A DNA stretch of 64,000 nucleotides. Source: Sulfurimonas sp. (GTDB lineage: Bacteria > Campylobacterota > Campylobacteria > Campylobacterales > Sulfurimonadaceae). The notes below the pieces were generated by a model. It saw only the letters and a program-made list of their open reading frames with translations, was not told the origin of the DNA and did not search any database. Each line of letters begins with the position of its first letter. Position 1 is the stretch's first letter. The stretch is from contig NZ_JBFFNS010000013.1 of assembly GCF_041563035.1 (NCBI RefSeq), positions 9,353 to 73,352 of the forward strand, given 5' to 3'. This document shows, piece after piece, positions 38,838 through 49,701 of the stretch. The position numbers and the translations under genes were made by a program.

Positions 38838-40020
38838 TATTCTCAGTCTGATTGGAAGAGAAAAAGAGCTTTTTATATCAGACATCTCATCTCATGAAGA
38901 AAAACTCACATCCACAGTATCAAGTTCATCTTTTTTAGTAATCGGTGGAGCTGGATCTATTGGTCAAGCGGTAGTAAAAGAGATATTTAAAAGAGACCCT
39001 AAAAAACTCCATGTAGTAGACATTAGTGAAAACAATATAGTCGAACTAGTTCGTGATATACGAAGCTCTCTTGGTTATATAAATGGTGATTTTAAAACTT
39101 TTGCTCTTGATATTGGAAGTGTAGAATACGATGCATTTATAAATTCTGATGGCAAATATGATTATGTTTTAAACCTATCTGCGCTTAAACATGTGAGAAG
39201 TGAAGAAGACCAATACACACTTATGCGAATGATAGATGTAAATATTTTTAACACTGACAAAACACTAGCCCAATCTATACAAAAACGAACTAAAAAGTAC
39301 TTTTGTGTATCAACAGATAAAGCTGCAAATCCTGTAAATATGATGGGTGCGAGTAAAAGAATTATGGAGATGTTTTTAATGCGCAGAAGCAAGTACATCA
39401 AAATATCTACTGCAAGATTTGCAAATGTTGCATTTTCAGACGGTTCACTTCTGCATGGCTTTAATAAACGTATAGAGAAGAGACAGCCAATAGTCGCTCC
39501 AAACGATATAAAACGTTATTTTGTAACTCCCAAAGAGAGCGGTGAGCTATGTCTTATGTCTTGCATCTTTGGTCAAAACCGTGATATATTTTTTCCAAAA
39601 CTCAGTGAAGATCTGCATCTCATCTCTTTTGCAGATATCGCAGTAAAGTATCTTGAAGACTTTGGCTATACGCCATATATTTGTAAAAGCGAAGATGAAG
39701 CCAGAGAGTTAATCAAGACTCTTCCTGAGCAAGGGAAATGGCCATGTCTATTTACATCTAGTGACACAACAGGTGAAAAAGACTTTGAAGAGTTCTATAC
39801 AGAGAATGAAACTCTTGATATGCAAAAGTTTAACAACTTAGGAATCATCAAAAATGACCCTATTTATGATGAAGTAAAACTAAATAATTTTACTCAAAAG
39901 ATAAAAGAGTTTAAACAAAAACTGATTTGGTCAAAAGAAAATATAAAAAAAGAGTTCTTCAAACTAATCCCTGATTTCACTCATAAAGAAACGGGTAAAT
40001 ATCTTGATTCAAAGATGTAA
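38830..40020 (+). CDS. NDP-GlcNAc 4,6-dehydratase (LegB/LgaA-like)
   Basis: [42 protein letters not shown] and [12 protein letters not shown] motifs. ATG at 38830 is preferred as the start. Confidence 0.85.
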   Translation: MSNILSLIGREKELFISDISSHEEKLTSTVSSSSFLVIGGAGSIGQAVVKEIFKRDPKKLHVVDISENNIVELVRDIRSSLGYINGDFKTFALDIGSVEYDAFINSDGKYDYVLNLSALKHVRSEEDQYTLMRMIDVNIFNTDKTLAQSIQKRTKKYFCVSTDKAANPVNMMGASKRIMEMFLMRRSKYIKISTARFANVAFSDGSLLHGFNKRIEKRQPIVAPNDIKRYFVTPKESGELCLMSCIFGQNRDIFFPKLSEDLHLISFADIAVKYLEDFGYTPYICKSEDEARELIKTLPEQGKWPCLFTSSDTTGEKDFEEFYTENETLDMQKFNNLGIIKNDPIYDEVKLNNFTQKIKEFKQKLIWSKENIKKEFFKLIPDFTHKETGKYLDSKM

Positions 40021-40037
40021 AAAAGGAAAACTGTAAA

Positions 40038-41171
40038 ATGAAAATATTAACACTTGTTGAAAGACGAGCAGACTACTCTAGAATGAGACCTATACTAAAA
40101 GAGTTGTACAAAGATCCTTTCTTTGATGTTCATTTAGTAGTTACCGGTATATGTCTTCTTGATATTCATGGTAGTGATATTGATTACATCAAAGAAGATG
40201 GCTTTAAGATAAACGCACAGCTTGAGATGTTTGAACCAAACACGAGGAATACAAATGCTTCAATGGTTAAAGCACTAAGCAAAATTATGAGTTCTATGAC
40301 TGATGAACTTGAAAAAGTCAAACCTGACTTAGTCCTTACAGGCTTCGATATAGGTGCCAACCTTGCAACAACTATAGCAGCGGCTCATATGAATATACCT
40401 GTAGCCCACATACAAGGTGGTGAAGTAACTGGAAGTATTGATGAGAGCATCAGACACGCCATGAGTAAATTTGCTCATATTCACTTTCCCGCAACTGAAG
40501 ATGCTAGACAAAGACTGATAAGGCTAGGTGAAAACTCGGACTATGTTTTTAATGTAGGTTGTCCATCAATTGACACAATCATGCAAACTCCTATCATAGA
40601 CAAAAGTATACTAGAGAAAAAGTTTAATGTTGACTTCTCAAAACCAACAATTTTACTTATCCAGCATCCGGTTACAACTGAGAGTTCTGAATCAAAAAGA
40701 CAGATTTTAAATACTATAGAAGTTATTAAAGATTTAGGTGTTCAAGCTCTTGTAGCTCTTCCAAACAATGATGCAGGATCTTCAGATATTATAGATGAGA
40801 TTAAAAACTCTGGACTTAGCTGGTACCCTAGTCTCTCCACTGAAGAGTTTATAAATGTATATAGAAATATCTGGGCTATAGTAGGAAACTCTAGCTCAGG
40901 GATTCATGAATCTTCTACATTCGGCATACCTGCTGTAAATATAGGTACAAGACAACAAGACAGAGAAAGAGCAGATAATGTTATAGACGTATCTTACGAT
41001 AAAGCAGATATCAAAGCAGGTATAGAAAAAGCACTTTTTGATGCTGATACAAGAGAAAAGGCTAAACATACACATAATCCATACGGAGAAGGTGAATCTG
41101 CAAAAGCGATAGTAAAGATCTTAAAAACTGTCTCACTTGAAGGCATAGTTCAAAAGAGGTTTTATGAGTAG
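40038..41171 (+). CDS. neuC: Hydrolysing NDP-N-acetylglucosamine 2-epimerase (NeuC/LegG)
   Basis: RADYS, HIQGGEVTGSIDESIRHA, IQHPVT, PNNDAG and GNSSSG motifs. Confidence 0.9.
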   Translation: MKILTLVERRADYSRMRPILKELYKDPFFDVHLVVTGICLLDIHGSDIDYIKEDGFKINAQLEMFEPNTRNTNASMVKALSKIMSSMTDELEKVKPDLVLTGFDIGANLATTIAAAHMNIPVAHIQGGEVTGSIDESIRHAMSKFAHIHFPATEDARQRLIRLGENSDYVFNVGCPSIDTIMQTPIIDKSILEKKFNVDFSKPTILLIQHPVTTESSESKRQILNTIEVIKDLGVQALVALPNNDAGSSDIIDEIKNSGLSWYPSLSTEEFINVYRNIWAIVGNSSSGIHESSTFGIPAVNIGTRQQDRERADNVIDVSYDKADIKAGIEKALFDADTREKAKHTHNPYGEGESAKAIVKILKTVSLEGIVQKRFYE

Positions 41172-42015
41172 CATCCTAATTTTAGGAGCAAGTGGATTAC
41201 TTGGTCGTACTTTAGTAGATTTCTTCAAAGATAAAAATCACACTATAGGTGTGCTATGTAGAAATCCAATACACTATACGGAGCCAAATATAGATGTTTA
41301 TAGTGTTGATATACTAGAGTATAACTCACTTGATTCTATAATACAGAAGTATGAAACTATTATAAACTGTACAGGTCAAATAACAAACCCCATAAACCTC
41401 TCTCTTTTACTAAATACAGATGGTATAAGCAATATTGTAAAAGCTGTAAAAAAACATGATAAAAGACTAATACATATCTCATCTGTAGCAGTTTACGGTG
41501 AAGCTGAATATGTCAATGAAGAGAGTCCTATAAACCCGCAAACTCCTTATGGGAGCTTCAAATATTTCTCAGAGTATCTAGTTAGAGGCAGTTTAGAAAA
41601 CTACTCTATTTTGAGGGTCTCTAACCTATTTGGAAAACACCAGGAAAAGGGAATCATTAGTTATCTGACAAAAAGTTATTTAAATAACACGCCTAATGTG
41701 CATTTTAATAATGATGGCAGTTTAAAACGCTACTATTTACATATAGAAGATTTATCGTCAACAATTAATCAAATAATCAGTAAAAATCTTAATGGTACTT
41801 ATAATATTATTGGCAATGAATGTTTAAGTATAAAAGAGTTAGTACATATGTTTGAAGATATTCTAGAGTATAAATATTATGTAGAATATTCAAAAGACTC
41901 GGCTATAGAAAATATAGATAAGATAGATGATTTTAAAATTCATAATATTACAAAAAAAGCTTTAAATGTCGATGTACTGGAGTATATTAAGGACTTAAAA
42001 AATGAAATCTTTTAA
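41164..42015 (+). CDS. NAD-dependent epimerase/dehydratase/reductase (extended SDR)
   Basis: GASGLLG, HISSVAVYG and YGSFK (YxxxK) motifs. Confidence 0.82.
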   Translation: MSSILILGASGLLGRTLVDFFKDKNHTIGVLCRNPIHYTEPNIDVYSVDILEYNSLDSIIQKYETIINCTGQITNPINLSLLLNTDGISNIVKAVKKHDKRLIHISSVAVYGEAEYVNEESPINPQTPYGSFKYFSEYLVRGSLENYSILRVSNLFGKHQEKGIISYLTKSYLNNTPNVHFNNDGSLKRYYLHIEDLSSTINQIISKNLNGTYNIIGNECLSIKELVHMFEDILEYKYYVEYSKDSAIENIDKIDDFKIHNITKKALNVDVLEYIKDLKNEIF

Positions 42016-43084
42016 AAAACTTATACTAGGTAAGAACTCCACTATAAAAGATGCTCTTAGAATTATAGATAATGGTAAGATGAGGATTGCCTTAGTCGTA
42101 AAAGAGGATAATAAGCTGATTGGTACTATTTCAGATGGAGATTTAAGAAGAGCATTTTTAACAGGTGCGACAATTGATGATTCTATCGAAAAGTTAATAT
42201 TTAAAAATTTTATCTATGCGGCAGTTGGTGATTCAAAAGAGAAGCTCATTCAGCTTGCCAAGCATAATAATATATATATTATCCCGATTGTTGATAAGAA
42301 CTTTATTTTACTTGGCATAGAAGAGGTCAATGACTTAATTACGCTTAAAAAATATGACAACAAAGTTGTACTTATGGCAGGAGGTCTGGGAACAAGGCTT
42401 AAGCCACTTACTGATAATATGCCAAAACCATTATTAAAAGTTGGCAATAAACCAATTCTTGAAACTATTATAGAGAATTTTTCTAAATACGGATTTAAAG
42501 ACTTTATTTTAAGCGTTAACTATAAATCAGAGATGATTAAAGAGTATTTTGGTGATGGAAAACGTTTTGGGGTAAGTATAGAATACATTATGGAAGATAA
42601 GAGAATGGGTACAGCCGGTGCTCTATCTCTGATGAAAGAAAAATTAACAAATAATTTCTTTGTAATGAATGGGGATTTATTAACAAATATCAATTATGAG
42701 CATCTTCTAAATTACCATATCAATGAAAAAGCTGATGCCACGATGTGTGTAAAGGAGTATGATTTTCAGATACCTTATGGGGTTGTAACTATTGATAATA
42801 ATAATATAACAGAAATAAGTGAAAAACCATTACACAAGTTTTTTGTCAATGCGGGAATATATATTTTAAACAACAGTGTACTAAAATATATACCGGAGAA
42901 AGAGTTTTTAGACATGCCAATTCTTTTTGATGAAATCATTAAACATAAAAACAAAAGCATCTCTTTCCCTATTAGAGAGTATTGGCTAGATATTGGTGAA
43001 ATTGAAGAATATAAAAAAGCAAATATAGAATATATAGACATTTTTGAAGAAAATATTAATGATAACGACATTAAGCAAAGGTAA
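42002..43084 (+). CDS. CBS-domain sugar-1-phosphate nucleotidyltransferase (LegX/PtmE-like)
   Basis: Two CBS domains followed by MAGGLGTRLKPLT..PKPLL, GTAGAL, VNAGIY and WLDIG. Confidence 0.88.
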   Translation: MKSFKKLILGKNSTIKDALRIIDNGKMRIALVVKEDNKLIGTISDGDLRRAFLTGATIDDSIEKLIFKNFIYAAVGDSKEKLIQLAKHNNIYIIPIVDKNFILLGIEEVNDLITLKKYDNKVVLMAGGLGTRLKPLTDNMPKPLLKVGNKPILETIIENFSKYGFKDFILSVNYKSEMIKEYFGDGKRFGVSIEYIMEDKRMGTAGALSLMKEKLTNNFFVMNGDLLTNINYEHLLNYHINEKADATMCVKEYDFQIPYGVVTIDNNNITEISEKPLHKFFVNAGIYILNNSVLKYIPEKEFLDMPILFDEIIKHKNKSISFPIREYWLDIGEIEEYKKANIEYIDIFEENINDNDIKQR

Positions 43085-43087
43085 TAT

Positions 43088-43783
43088 ATGGAGGAGAAGA
43101 TATTAGCTATTATTCCAGCAAGGGCAGGTTCTAAAGGAATAAAAGATAAAAATATAATCAACTTAAATTCAAAACCATTAATTGCGTGGAGCATAGAAGC
43201 AAGTACAAAATCAAAATTCATAACAAAAACAATAGTGAGTTCAGATGCTGACAATATACTAGATATAGCCAAACAGTATGGTGCTTCAACAATAAGACGA
43301 CCAGACAATTTGGCACTAGATTCAACACCTAGTGAAGATGTGATAAAACATACAATTGATTTATTAGAAAATGAAAATGAAATTTATGATTACTTAATCC
43401 TACTTCAACCAACATCGCCTATAAGAGATCAAAATGATATAGATAAGGCCTTTTCAAATTTATTTAAAACAGATGCAAATGCTCTTATTAGCGTATATAA
43501 AGAGGATAGTAAAATCCTAAAAACATTTAAAGAAAATAAAAACGGATATATAGAAGGCATCTCTAACAACGATTTTCCATTTATGCCAAGACAAAGCCTG
43601 CCTCCCGTTTATATGAGTAATGGGGCAATATATATTATTAAAGTTTCAGAGTTTTCAAAAACTAAAAAACTATTCACAGACAAAACAATCTTCTATGAGA
43701 TGTCAAAAAGAAGAAGTATAGATATTGACAGCTTATCCGATTTGAATGAAGCCAAAAAACAATTAGATGGAGAAAATATATGA
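43088..43783 (+). CDS. neuA: Acylneuraminate cytidylyltransferase (NeuA/LegF)
   Basis: IPARAGSKGIKDKN, LLQPTSP, NGAIY and SIDID motifs. Confidence 0.9.
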   Translation: MEEKILAIIPARAGSKGIKDKNIINLNSKPLIAWSIEASTKSKFITKTIVSSDADNILDIAKQYGASTIRRPDNLALDSTPSEDVIKHTIDLLENENEIYDYLILLQPTSPIRDQNDIDKAFSNLFKTDANALISVYKEDSKILKTFKENKNGYIEGISNNDFPFMPRQSLPPVYMSNGAIYIIKVSEFSKTKKLFTDKTIFYEMSKRRSIDIDSLSDLNEAKKQLDGENI

Positions 43784-45915
43784 TCTACACACAAAATGTA
43801 TACGTATTTGACTCTCAAAGTGCTTTATATGCTTCGCAAAACACTAAAGACAAAAATCAGATATTTTTTTATGATGGTCAAAAGCTACCTAATGAGCCTG
43901 ACAAGTGTATAAATGTTCCTATAGATGATTTTATAAACTATTTTTGTACATCTTCACATGCTTACCCTGAAGAACTAAATTTTGATAATATGGATTTTTC
44001 TGATGAGATAATAAATCAAATTATTAAGAACTTGACAAATGCTCTTTCTACAGTTAAAGAGAAAAGAGAGAGATATCTTAATAAAGTATTATTAGAAGAA
44101 TTCTCCTCTGAGAATGTAGATAAGTCAATATATACAATTCTTGAGTATATTAAAATAAACAATTTAATATACTCAGAGGTTCCATTTGAAGTTGTGTATA
44201 AACTTCTTGAGGCAACCGTTTATACAAAATCTAAAAATATTTCACTCTCACAAGAAACCATAAAAATAGTAAAAGAGCTAAGTGAAAACTCAAAAGATTT
44301 TAATAATAATTTTTATAATTTTCATATAATACATGTACTCTCACTTTTAAACAATATTTCTGATGATAAAAGATATTTTGATTATCTAGCCTCTTTTTCA
44401 AATCTAGAACAACTAATCAAAGATTTTGCAATAATAAAAATTCTTTACCCTGAGGAAAAGCTCAAAGAGTATATTACATCTTTGAGTACAAGCCTTTTTA
44501 ACCATGAGTTTTGGGACAAAGATATACTAAAACAAAAACATGCAATATTTAAACTCTATTATTTAACAGGAATGTATTATGGTAGAGGAGAGTCATATAA
44601 AGAGATTTTCTACACTTTAAGTAAAGTTTTTTTATCAGCTATTGAAAAGAAAATGGATGAACTTGTATTTTATTTATACACTCCGCTAGCTATGTCATAC
44701 AATGGTGTATCACAGACACAAGAAGAGTTGAAGTTTTTCAACAATACAATAGAGAAACCTCTGGAAAATTTTATATCAGATATTTTAGTACCAAAATACA
44801 AGCTAAAGCAAAACAACAACGTAATTGATAAAAATAAAAAAATAAAAATTGCTTTCTTACAAGAAAGGATAATAAACTACTCTATATACAAAGTGTTTTA
44901 CAGTCTTATAAAATCTATTTCTGAGAATCCATCTTCAAAATATGAATTCATTATATACGACCTTAACTTTAAAGAATTTGGTGGTTCAAACAGCAAAACT
45001 ATTGAGGAGTTAAAAGCTCTTGGAGTTCAATATATTGACCTGCATAAAGAGAGTGTAGGGACTAATGATGAGTTTTATTCCATTATTCAAAAAAGTTTAA
45101 AAATTAGACGAAAGATCATAAAAGATAAAGTCGACATACTAATAGGTATGCACTCCCGCCCTGAATATAATTTTTTGTTTACAACTAGAACAGCGGCAAA
45201 GCAAATATATTGGAGTCATGGGAATCATATGTATGATATAAAAAATATTGACAGGAGAATATCCCATTATCAATATTTGGATTCTCCATATGATTTTCAT
45301 AGTTTTATCATACCAAGGACGTTGGAAAGCTTAAATCCATTTGTAGATTCAAATAAAGTTAAAGAAACTCACTCTTTATATTCAAATGCCACTACTATTC
45401 TAGGTAGTATTGGTCGTTTAACTAAAATGCAGAGTAGAAACTACCTAGAATGTATTAATACCTTGTTATGCAAATATGAAGATAGTGTATTTTTAGCATG
45501 TGGCACAGGGGATAATACAAAAATAAAATCTATCCTTATAGAACTAAATGCTCCAATGGATCGTTTTATTTTCACTGGTCACATTGATGCACACTTGTAT
45601 GGTCATGTTATTGATATACTTTTAAATACTTTTCCTTATGAACAAGGAGAGGCTGTTGCAGAGTTTATCGCAAAAGCGAAACCAGTTGTATCATTAAAGC
45701 CATCAATTGAGCAAATTAAAAGTGAATGTGAAGAAATATATTCAAATATTGAAAAATGCCCATTTGTAAATACTACTACAGAATATATAGATATAGCTAG
45801 TATACTAATTGAAGATGTGGGTTACCGTGAAGAAATAGGTCAATGCAACCTAAGATACATGGAAAAGATATTTTTCAACCAAAAATCTAACTTTGTTCAC
45901 AGTTTAGGAATTTAA
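43780..45915 (+). CDS. Large protein with C-terminal GT41/O-GlcNAc-transferase-like GT-B domain
   Basis: KIAFL, VDILIGM..RTAAKQIYW.HG, LGSIGRLTK and DILLNTFPY.QG align by eye to SPY/OGT catalytic-domain motifs. Confidence 0.65.
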   Translation: MIYTQNVYVFDSQSALYASQNTKDKNQIFFYDGQKLPNEPDKCINVPIDDFINYFCTSSHAYPEELNFDNMDFSDEIINQIIKNLTNALSTVKEKRERYLNKVLLEEFSSENVDKSIYTILEYIKINNLIYSEVPFEVVYKLLEATVYTKSKNISLSQETIKIVKELSENSKDFNNNFYNFHIIHVLSLLNNISDDKRYFDYLASFSNLEQLIKDFAIIKILYPEEKLKEYITSLSTSLFNHEFWDKDILKQKHAIFKLYYLTGMYYGRGESYKEIFYTLSKVFLSAIEKKMDELVFYLYTPLAMSYNGVSQTQEELKFFNNTIEKPLENFISDILVPKYKLKQNNNVIDKNKKIKIAFLQERIINYSIYKVFYSLIKSISENPSSKYEFIIYDLNFKEFGGSNSKTIEELKALGVQYIDLHKESVGTNDEFYSIIQKSLKIRRKIIKDKVDILIGMHSRPEYNFLFTTRTAAKQIYWSHGNHMYDIKNIDRRISHYQYLDSPYDFHSFIIPRTLESLNPFVDSNKVKETHSLYSNATTILGSIGRLTKMQSRNYLECINTLLCKYEDSVFLACGTGDNTKIKSILIELNAPMDRFIFTGHIDAHLYGHVIDILLNTFPYEQGEAVAEFIAKAKPVVSLKPSIEQIKSECEEIYSNIEKCPFVNTTTEYIDIASILIEDVGYREEIGQCNLRYMEKIFFNQKSNFVHSLGI

Positions 45916-46610
45916 TGAAAATTCAAGAAGCTATAGTACTTGCTGGTGGTTTAGGCACCCGTCTGCAACCTGTTATCCATGATGTTCCAAAACCTCTTGC
46001 TCCAATTAATGGAATTCCTTTTTTGACATATTTATTGGACTCTTTAAATCAACAAAATATTACACATGTAGTTTTAGCAGTAGGATATATGCATGAAAAG
46101 ATTCAACAGCTGTATAATAACAAATATAAAAATATAGATATAACATATAGCATAGAAGATAAAGCTCTTCAAACGGGTGGAGCAATAAAAAAAGCTCTAA
46201 AATATACTAAAGACAAACATATATGTATATGCAATGGGGATACTTTTTTTCAATGTGATATTAATACTTTATTTACAAAACATATATCCCTTAATGCCGA
46301 TATAAGTGTTGCAAGTAAACGTATGAAATCTTTTAATCGTTACGGGCAACTAATAACAGATAATGATAAAGTTATAAAACTTGAAGAAAAAAAACAATGT
46401 GCGGATGGCTTAATAAATGCTGGTGTATATATAATCAATAGAGACTTATTGAATATGCAAACTCAAAATAGTTTCTCATTTGAATACTTTTTACAAAACA
46501 ATGTAAATAATATTTCATTTATTCATAATACTTTTGATCGATATTTTATCGACATCGGCATACCCGAAGACTACAAAAAAGCAGAAATAGATTTTAAGGA
46601 GTTATTTTGA
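45915..46610 (+). CDS. hddC: Heptose-1-phosphate guanylyltransferase (HddC-like)
   Basis: LAGGLGTRL..VPKPLAP, LQTGGA, NGDTF, INAGVY and FIDIGIPEDY motifs; adjacent to a GHMP kinase. Confidence 0.72.
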   Translation: MKIQEAIVLAGGLGTRLQPVIHDVPKPLAPINGIPFLTYLLDSLNQQNITHVVLAVGYMHEKIQQLYNNKYKNIDITYSIEDKALQTGGAIKKALKYTKDKHICICNGDTFFQCDINTLFTKHISLNADISVASKRMKSFNRYGQLITDNDKVIKLEEKKQCADGLINAGVYIINRDLLNMQTQNSFSFEYFLQNNVNNISFIHNTFDRYFIDIGIPEDYKKAEIDFKELF

Positions 46611-47602
46611 TAGTATCACGAACACCGTATAGAATCTCTTTTTTTGGTGGTGGAACAGATTATCCAAACTATTACTTAAAGCATGGTGGAAAAACACTTG
46701 GGGTTGCCATCAATAAATACTCTTATCTAAACATCAGAAAACTACCTCAATTTTTTGACTATAAACACCGTATTGTATATTCTAAGCAAGAAAACTGTAA
46801 ATCTATTTCTGAGATAGTGCATCCATCTGTTAGAGAAGTTCTTAAATTTTTAGATGTTAAAGAAGGCTTATCCATTCATCATGATGGTGATATACCGGCA
46901 AGAAGCGGTATGGGATCAAGTTCATCTTTTACAGTAGGTCTTCTAAATTCTTTATACGCACTTTATAATCAGAAGAAATCTAAAGATGAACTTATGTATG
47001 AAGCTATACACATTGAACAAAATCTTATAAATGAAAGAGTTGGGTCACAAGATCAAGTATTTGCTTCACATGGTGGTTTTAATATAATAAATTTTAATAA
47101 AGATGGTAAAATCAAAGTCTCTAATTTAAATATTGCAACAGAGCGTTCAGAATTATTAGAAGATAATTTAATGCTATTTTTCAGTGGTTTATCTAGAACA
47201 GCTTCCGAAATAGTAGCTGAACAGATTGAAAAAACAGAGCAAAATACTACTAACCTACATAGTATGAAATCACTTGTTGATGATGCTTGCAATATTTTAA
47301 ATTCCGAATGTGATTTAAAGCAGTTTGGGGAGCTTTTAAATGATACGTGGAAACTCAAAAAAAGTCTTTCAACTAAAATTACTAATTCAACAATAGAAGA
47401 AATATATCAACGAGCGATGGAAGCCGGTGCTATTGGCGGTAAACTTTTAGGAGCTGGTGGAGGTGGTTTTTTAGTTTTTTATGTAGAAAAGCTATTTCAA
47501 CAAGAAGTCAAAGATGCTTTAAAAGATTATCTTCATATTCCATTTAAATTTGAGTATGAAGGTTCTAAAATTATCATAAACGAACCAAACTATGCAGGAT
47601 AA
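46607..47602 (+). CDS. hddA: GHMP sugar kinase (D-glycero-D-manno-heptose-7-phosphate kinase-like)
   Basis: RTPYRISFFGGGTD, PARSGMGSSSS, GSQDQ and GGKLLGAGGGGF motifs. Confidence 0.78.
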   Translation: MIVSRTPYRISFFGGGTDYPNYYLKHGGKTLGVAINKYSYLNIRKLPQFFDYKHRIVYSKQENCKSISEIVHPSVREVLKFLDVKEGLSIHHDGDIPARSGMGSSSSFTVGLLNSLYALYNQKKSKDELMYEAIHIEQNLINERVGSQDQVFASHGGFNIINFNKDGKIKVSNLNIATERSELLEDNLMLFFSGLSRTASEIVAEQIEKTEQNTTNLHSMKSLVDDACNILNSECDLKQFGELLNDTWKLKKSLSTKITNSTIEEIYQRAMEAGAIGGKLLGAGGGGFLVFYVEKLFQQEVKDALKDYLHIPFKFEYEGSKIIINEPNYAG

Positions 47603-47605
47603 ATA

Positions 47606-48766
47606 ATGAACTATAAACTAGCCTACTCTACATTTGGACAAGAAGAAAAAGATGCTATGTACAAGGTTATTGATAGTGATATATTTAGTATGGGCAAAAA
47701 TGTTAAAGAGTTTGAATCAGAATTTGCAATATTTTTTGGAAAGAAATATGCTGTAATGGTTAACTCAGGCTCTTCCGCAAATCTCGTAGCCTTAGCATCA
47801 CTTTTTTATAAACAAGAATCTCCACTAAAAAAAGGTGATGAAGTAATAGTTCCATGCATCTCATGGGCTACTACTTTCTACCCTCTACAACAATATGGCC
47901 TTAAATTAAAGTTTGTAGATATAGAGCTTGAAACACTTAATTATGACATCAAGCAACTCAAAGCATCTATTACTGAAAATACTAAAATGATTGTTACAGT
48001 TTCTGTTTTGGGAAACCCATGTTATTTTGATGAGATTGAAGAACTTTGCAAAAAAAACAATATTATACTTTTTGATGATAATTGTGAGAGCATGGGTGCT
48101 GAATATAATGGAAAGTTTACTGGTACATCTGGTTTACTCAATACATTTTCTACATTTTTTTCTCATCATATGTCTACGATGGAAGGTGGTCTAATTTTAA
48201 CCGATGACAAAGAGATTTACTCACTATGTAAATCTCTTAGAAATCATGGCTGGACAAGAGATCAGGATAGTGATAGTGAAATTTATCAAAAGAAAGATGA
48301 TGATTTTTTTGAAGCATATCGATTTATTTTACCTGGTTACAATGTTCGTCCAGGGGAATTACAAGGTGCATTGGGTTTGCAACAAATAAAAAAACTTCCA
48401 TCTATGATAAAACAAAGAAGAAAAAATGCTTTATACTTTCAATCTAAATTCAAAGACGACAAAAGATTTATTATTCAAAAAGAAGTTGGCAAAAGTTCTT
48501 GGTTTAGTTTTACACTGATACTACATCCTAAAGCAAATATTCAAAAAAAATCTCTTTTTAAAAAATTACAAGATTCAAATATTGAGTTTAGAATTATTAC
48601 AGGTGGAAACTTTTTAGAGCATGATGTTATTCGCTACTTTGATTATGAAGTAGTTAGTGATAAAAATGCAAGTTATGCACATAATAACGGTTTCTTTGTT
48701 GGTAATGCACCTACAGATTTAACTAAAGAGATAGACTATTTATACAATACACTAAAGGAATTATAA
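47606..48766 (+). CDS. PLP-dependent GDP-4-keto-6-deoxy-sugar 3-dehydratase (ColD-like)
   Basis: DegT fold with FSTFFSHHMSTMEGG: His replaces the usual PLP-binding Lys, as in ColD. Also VNSGSSANL and LRNHGW. Confidence 0.8.
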   Translation: MNYKLAYSTFGQEEKDAMYKVIDSDIFSMGKNVKEFESEFAIFFGKKYAVMVNSGSSANLVALASLFYKQESPLKKGDEVIVPCISWATTFYPLQQYGLKLKFVDIELETLNYDIKQLKASITENTKMIVTVSVLGNPCYFDEIEELCKKNNIILFDDNCESMGAEYNGKFTGTSGLLNTFSTFFSHHMSTMEGGLILTDDKEIYSLCKSLRNHGWTRDQDSDSEIYQKKDDDFFEAYRFILPGYNVRPGELQGALGLQQIKKLPSMIKQRRKNALYFQSKFKDDKRFIIQKEVGKSSWFSFTLILHPKANIQKKSLFKKLQDSNIEFRIITGGNFLEHDVIRYFDYEVVSDKNASYAHNNGFFVGNAPTDLTKEIDYLYNTLKEL

Positions 48767-49701
48767 TGGCAAATATATTAGTAACAGGTGGTGCAGGTTA
48801 TTTAGGTTCTGTTATGGTTCCAGAGTTATTAAAGCTGGGTCATAAGGTCACTGTTCTAGATACATTTATGTTTAGTCAAAATTCACTTTCTGATGTATGT
48901 CATATGGATAATTTCAATGTAGTGAAAGGTGATTCTAGAGATAAAAAACTTTTAAAATCATTAACAAAAGATAAAGATATAGTTATCCCATTAGCTGCAC
49001 TTGTTGGGGCTCCATTATGTAATCGTGACATGATAGGGACTGTTACAACTAATAAAGATGCTATTCAAACATTATCAGATGTTCTTTCAAAAGAACAACG
49101 TGTTTTAATGCCAATTACCAATAGTGGATATGGTGTTGGACAAGATGGAATCTATTGTACAGAAGAGACACCTCTTAACCCTATATCTACTTATGGACAA
49201 ACTAAAGTAGATGCAGAGAAAATAATACTAGAGAGAGAGAACTCTATAAGTTTTAGACTTGCAACAGTATTTGGTATGAGTTCAAGAATGAGACTAGACT
49301 TACTCGTTAACGATTTTACGTATAGAGCTGTAAATGATGGTTTTATTGTAATATTTGAAGGTCATTTTAAAAGAAATTATATTCACATTCGTGATGTTGC
49401 AAATGCTTTTATCCATGGAATAGATAATTTTGATACTATGAAAGGTGAAGCTTACAATGTAGGTTTATCAGATGCTAACCTTTCTAAACTTGAGCTTTGT
49501 GAAATTATTAAAAAACAAGTTCCAAACTTTACAATTATGGAAGCTGAAATTGGACAAGATCCTGACCAGAGAAATTATATAGTTTCAAATGACAAGATAG
49601 AAGCTACTGGCTTTAAACCAAAGTTTAGCCTCGATATGGGTATAAAAGAGCTTTTAAAAGGTTATACAATAATAAATAATAGTAAGTTTGCTAATGTTTA
49701 A
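48766..49701 (+). CDS. NAD-dependent epimerase/dehydratase
   Basis: TGGAGYLGS, LAALVG, YGQTK and FRLATVFG motifs. Confidence 0.85.
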   Translation: MANILVTGGAGYLGSVMVPELLKLGHKVTVLDTFMFSQNSLSDVCHMDNFNVVKGDSRDKKLLKSLTKDKDIVIPLAALVGAPLCNRDMIGTVTTNKDAIQTLSDVLSKEQRVLMPITNSGYGVGQDGIYCTEETPLNPISTYGQTKVDAEKIILERENSISFRLATVFGMSSRMRLDLLVNDFTYRAVNDGFIVIFEGHFKRNYIHIRDVANAFIHGIDNFDTMKGEAYNVGLSDANLSKLELCEIIKKQVPNFTIMEAEIGQDPDQRNYIVSNDKIEATGFKPKFSLDMGIKELLKGYTIINNSKFANV

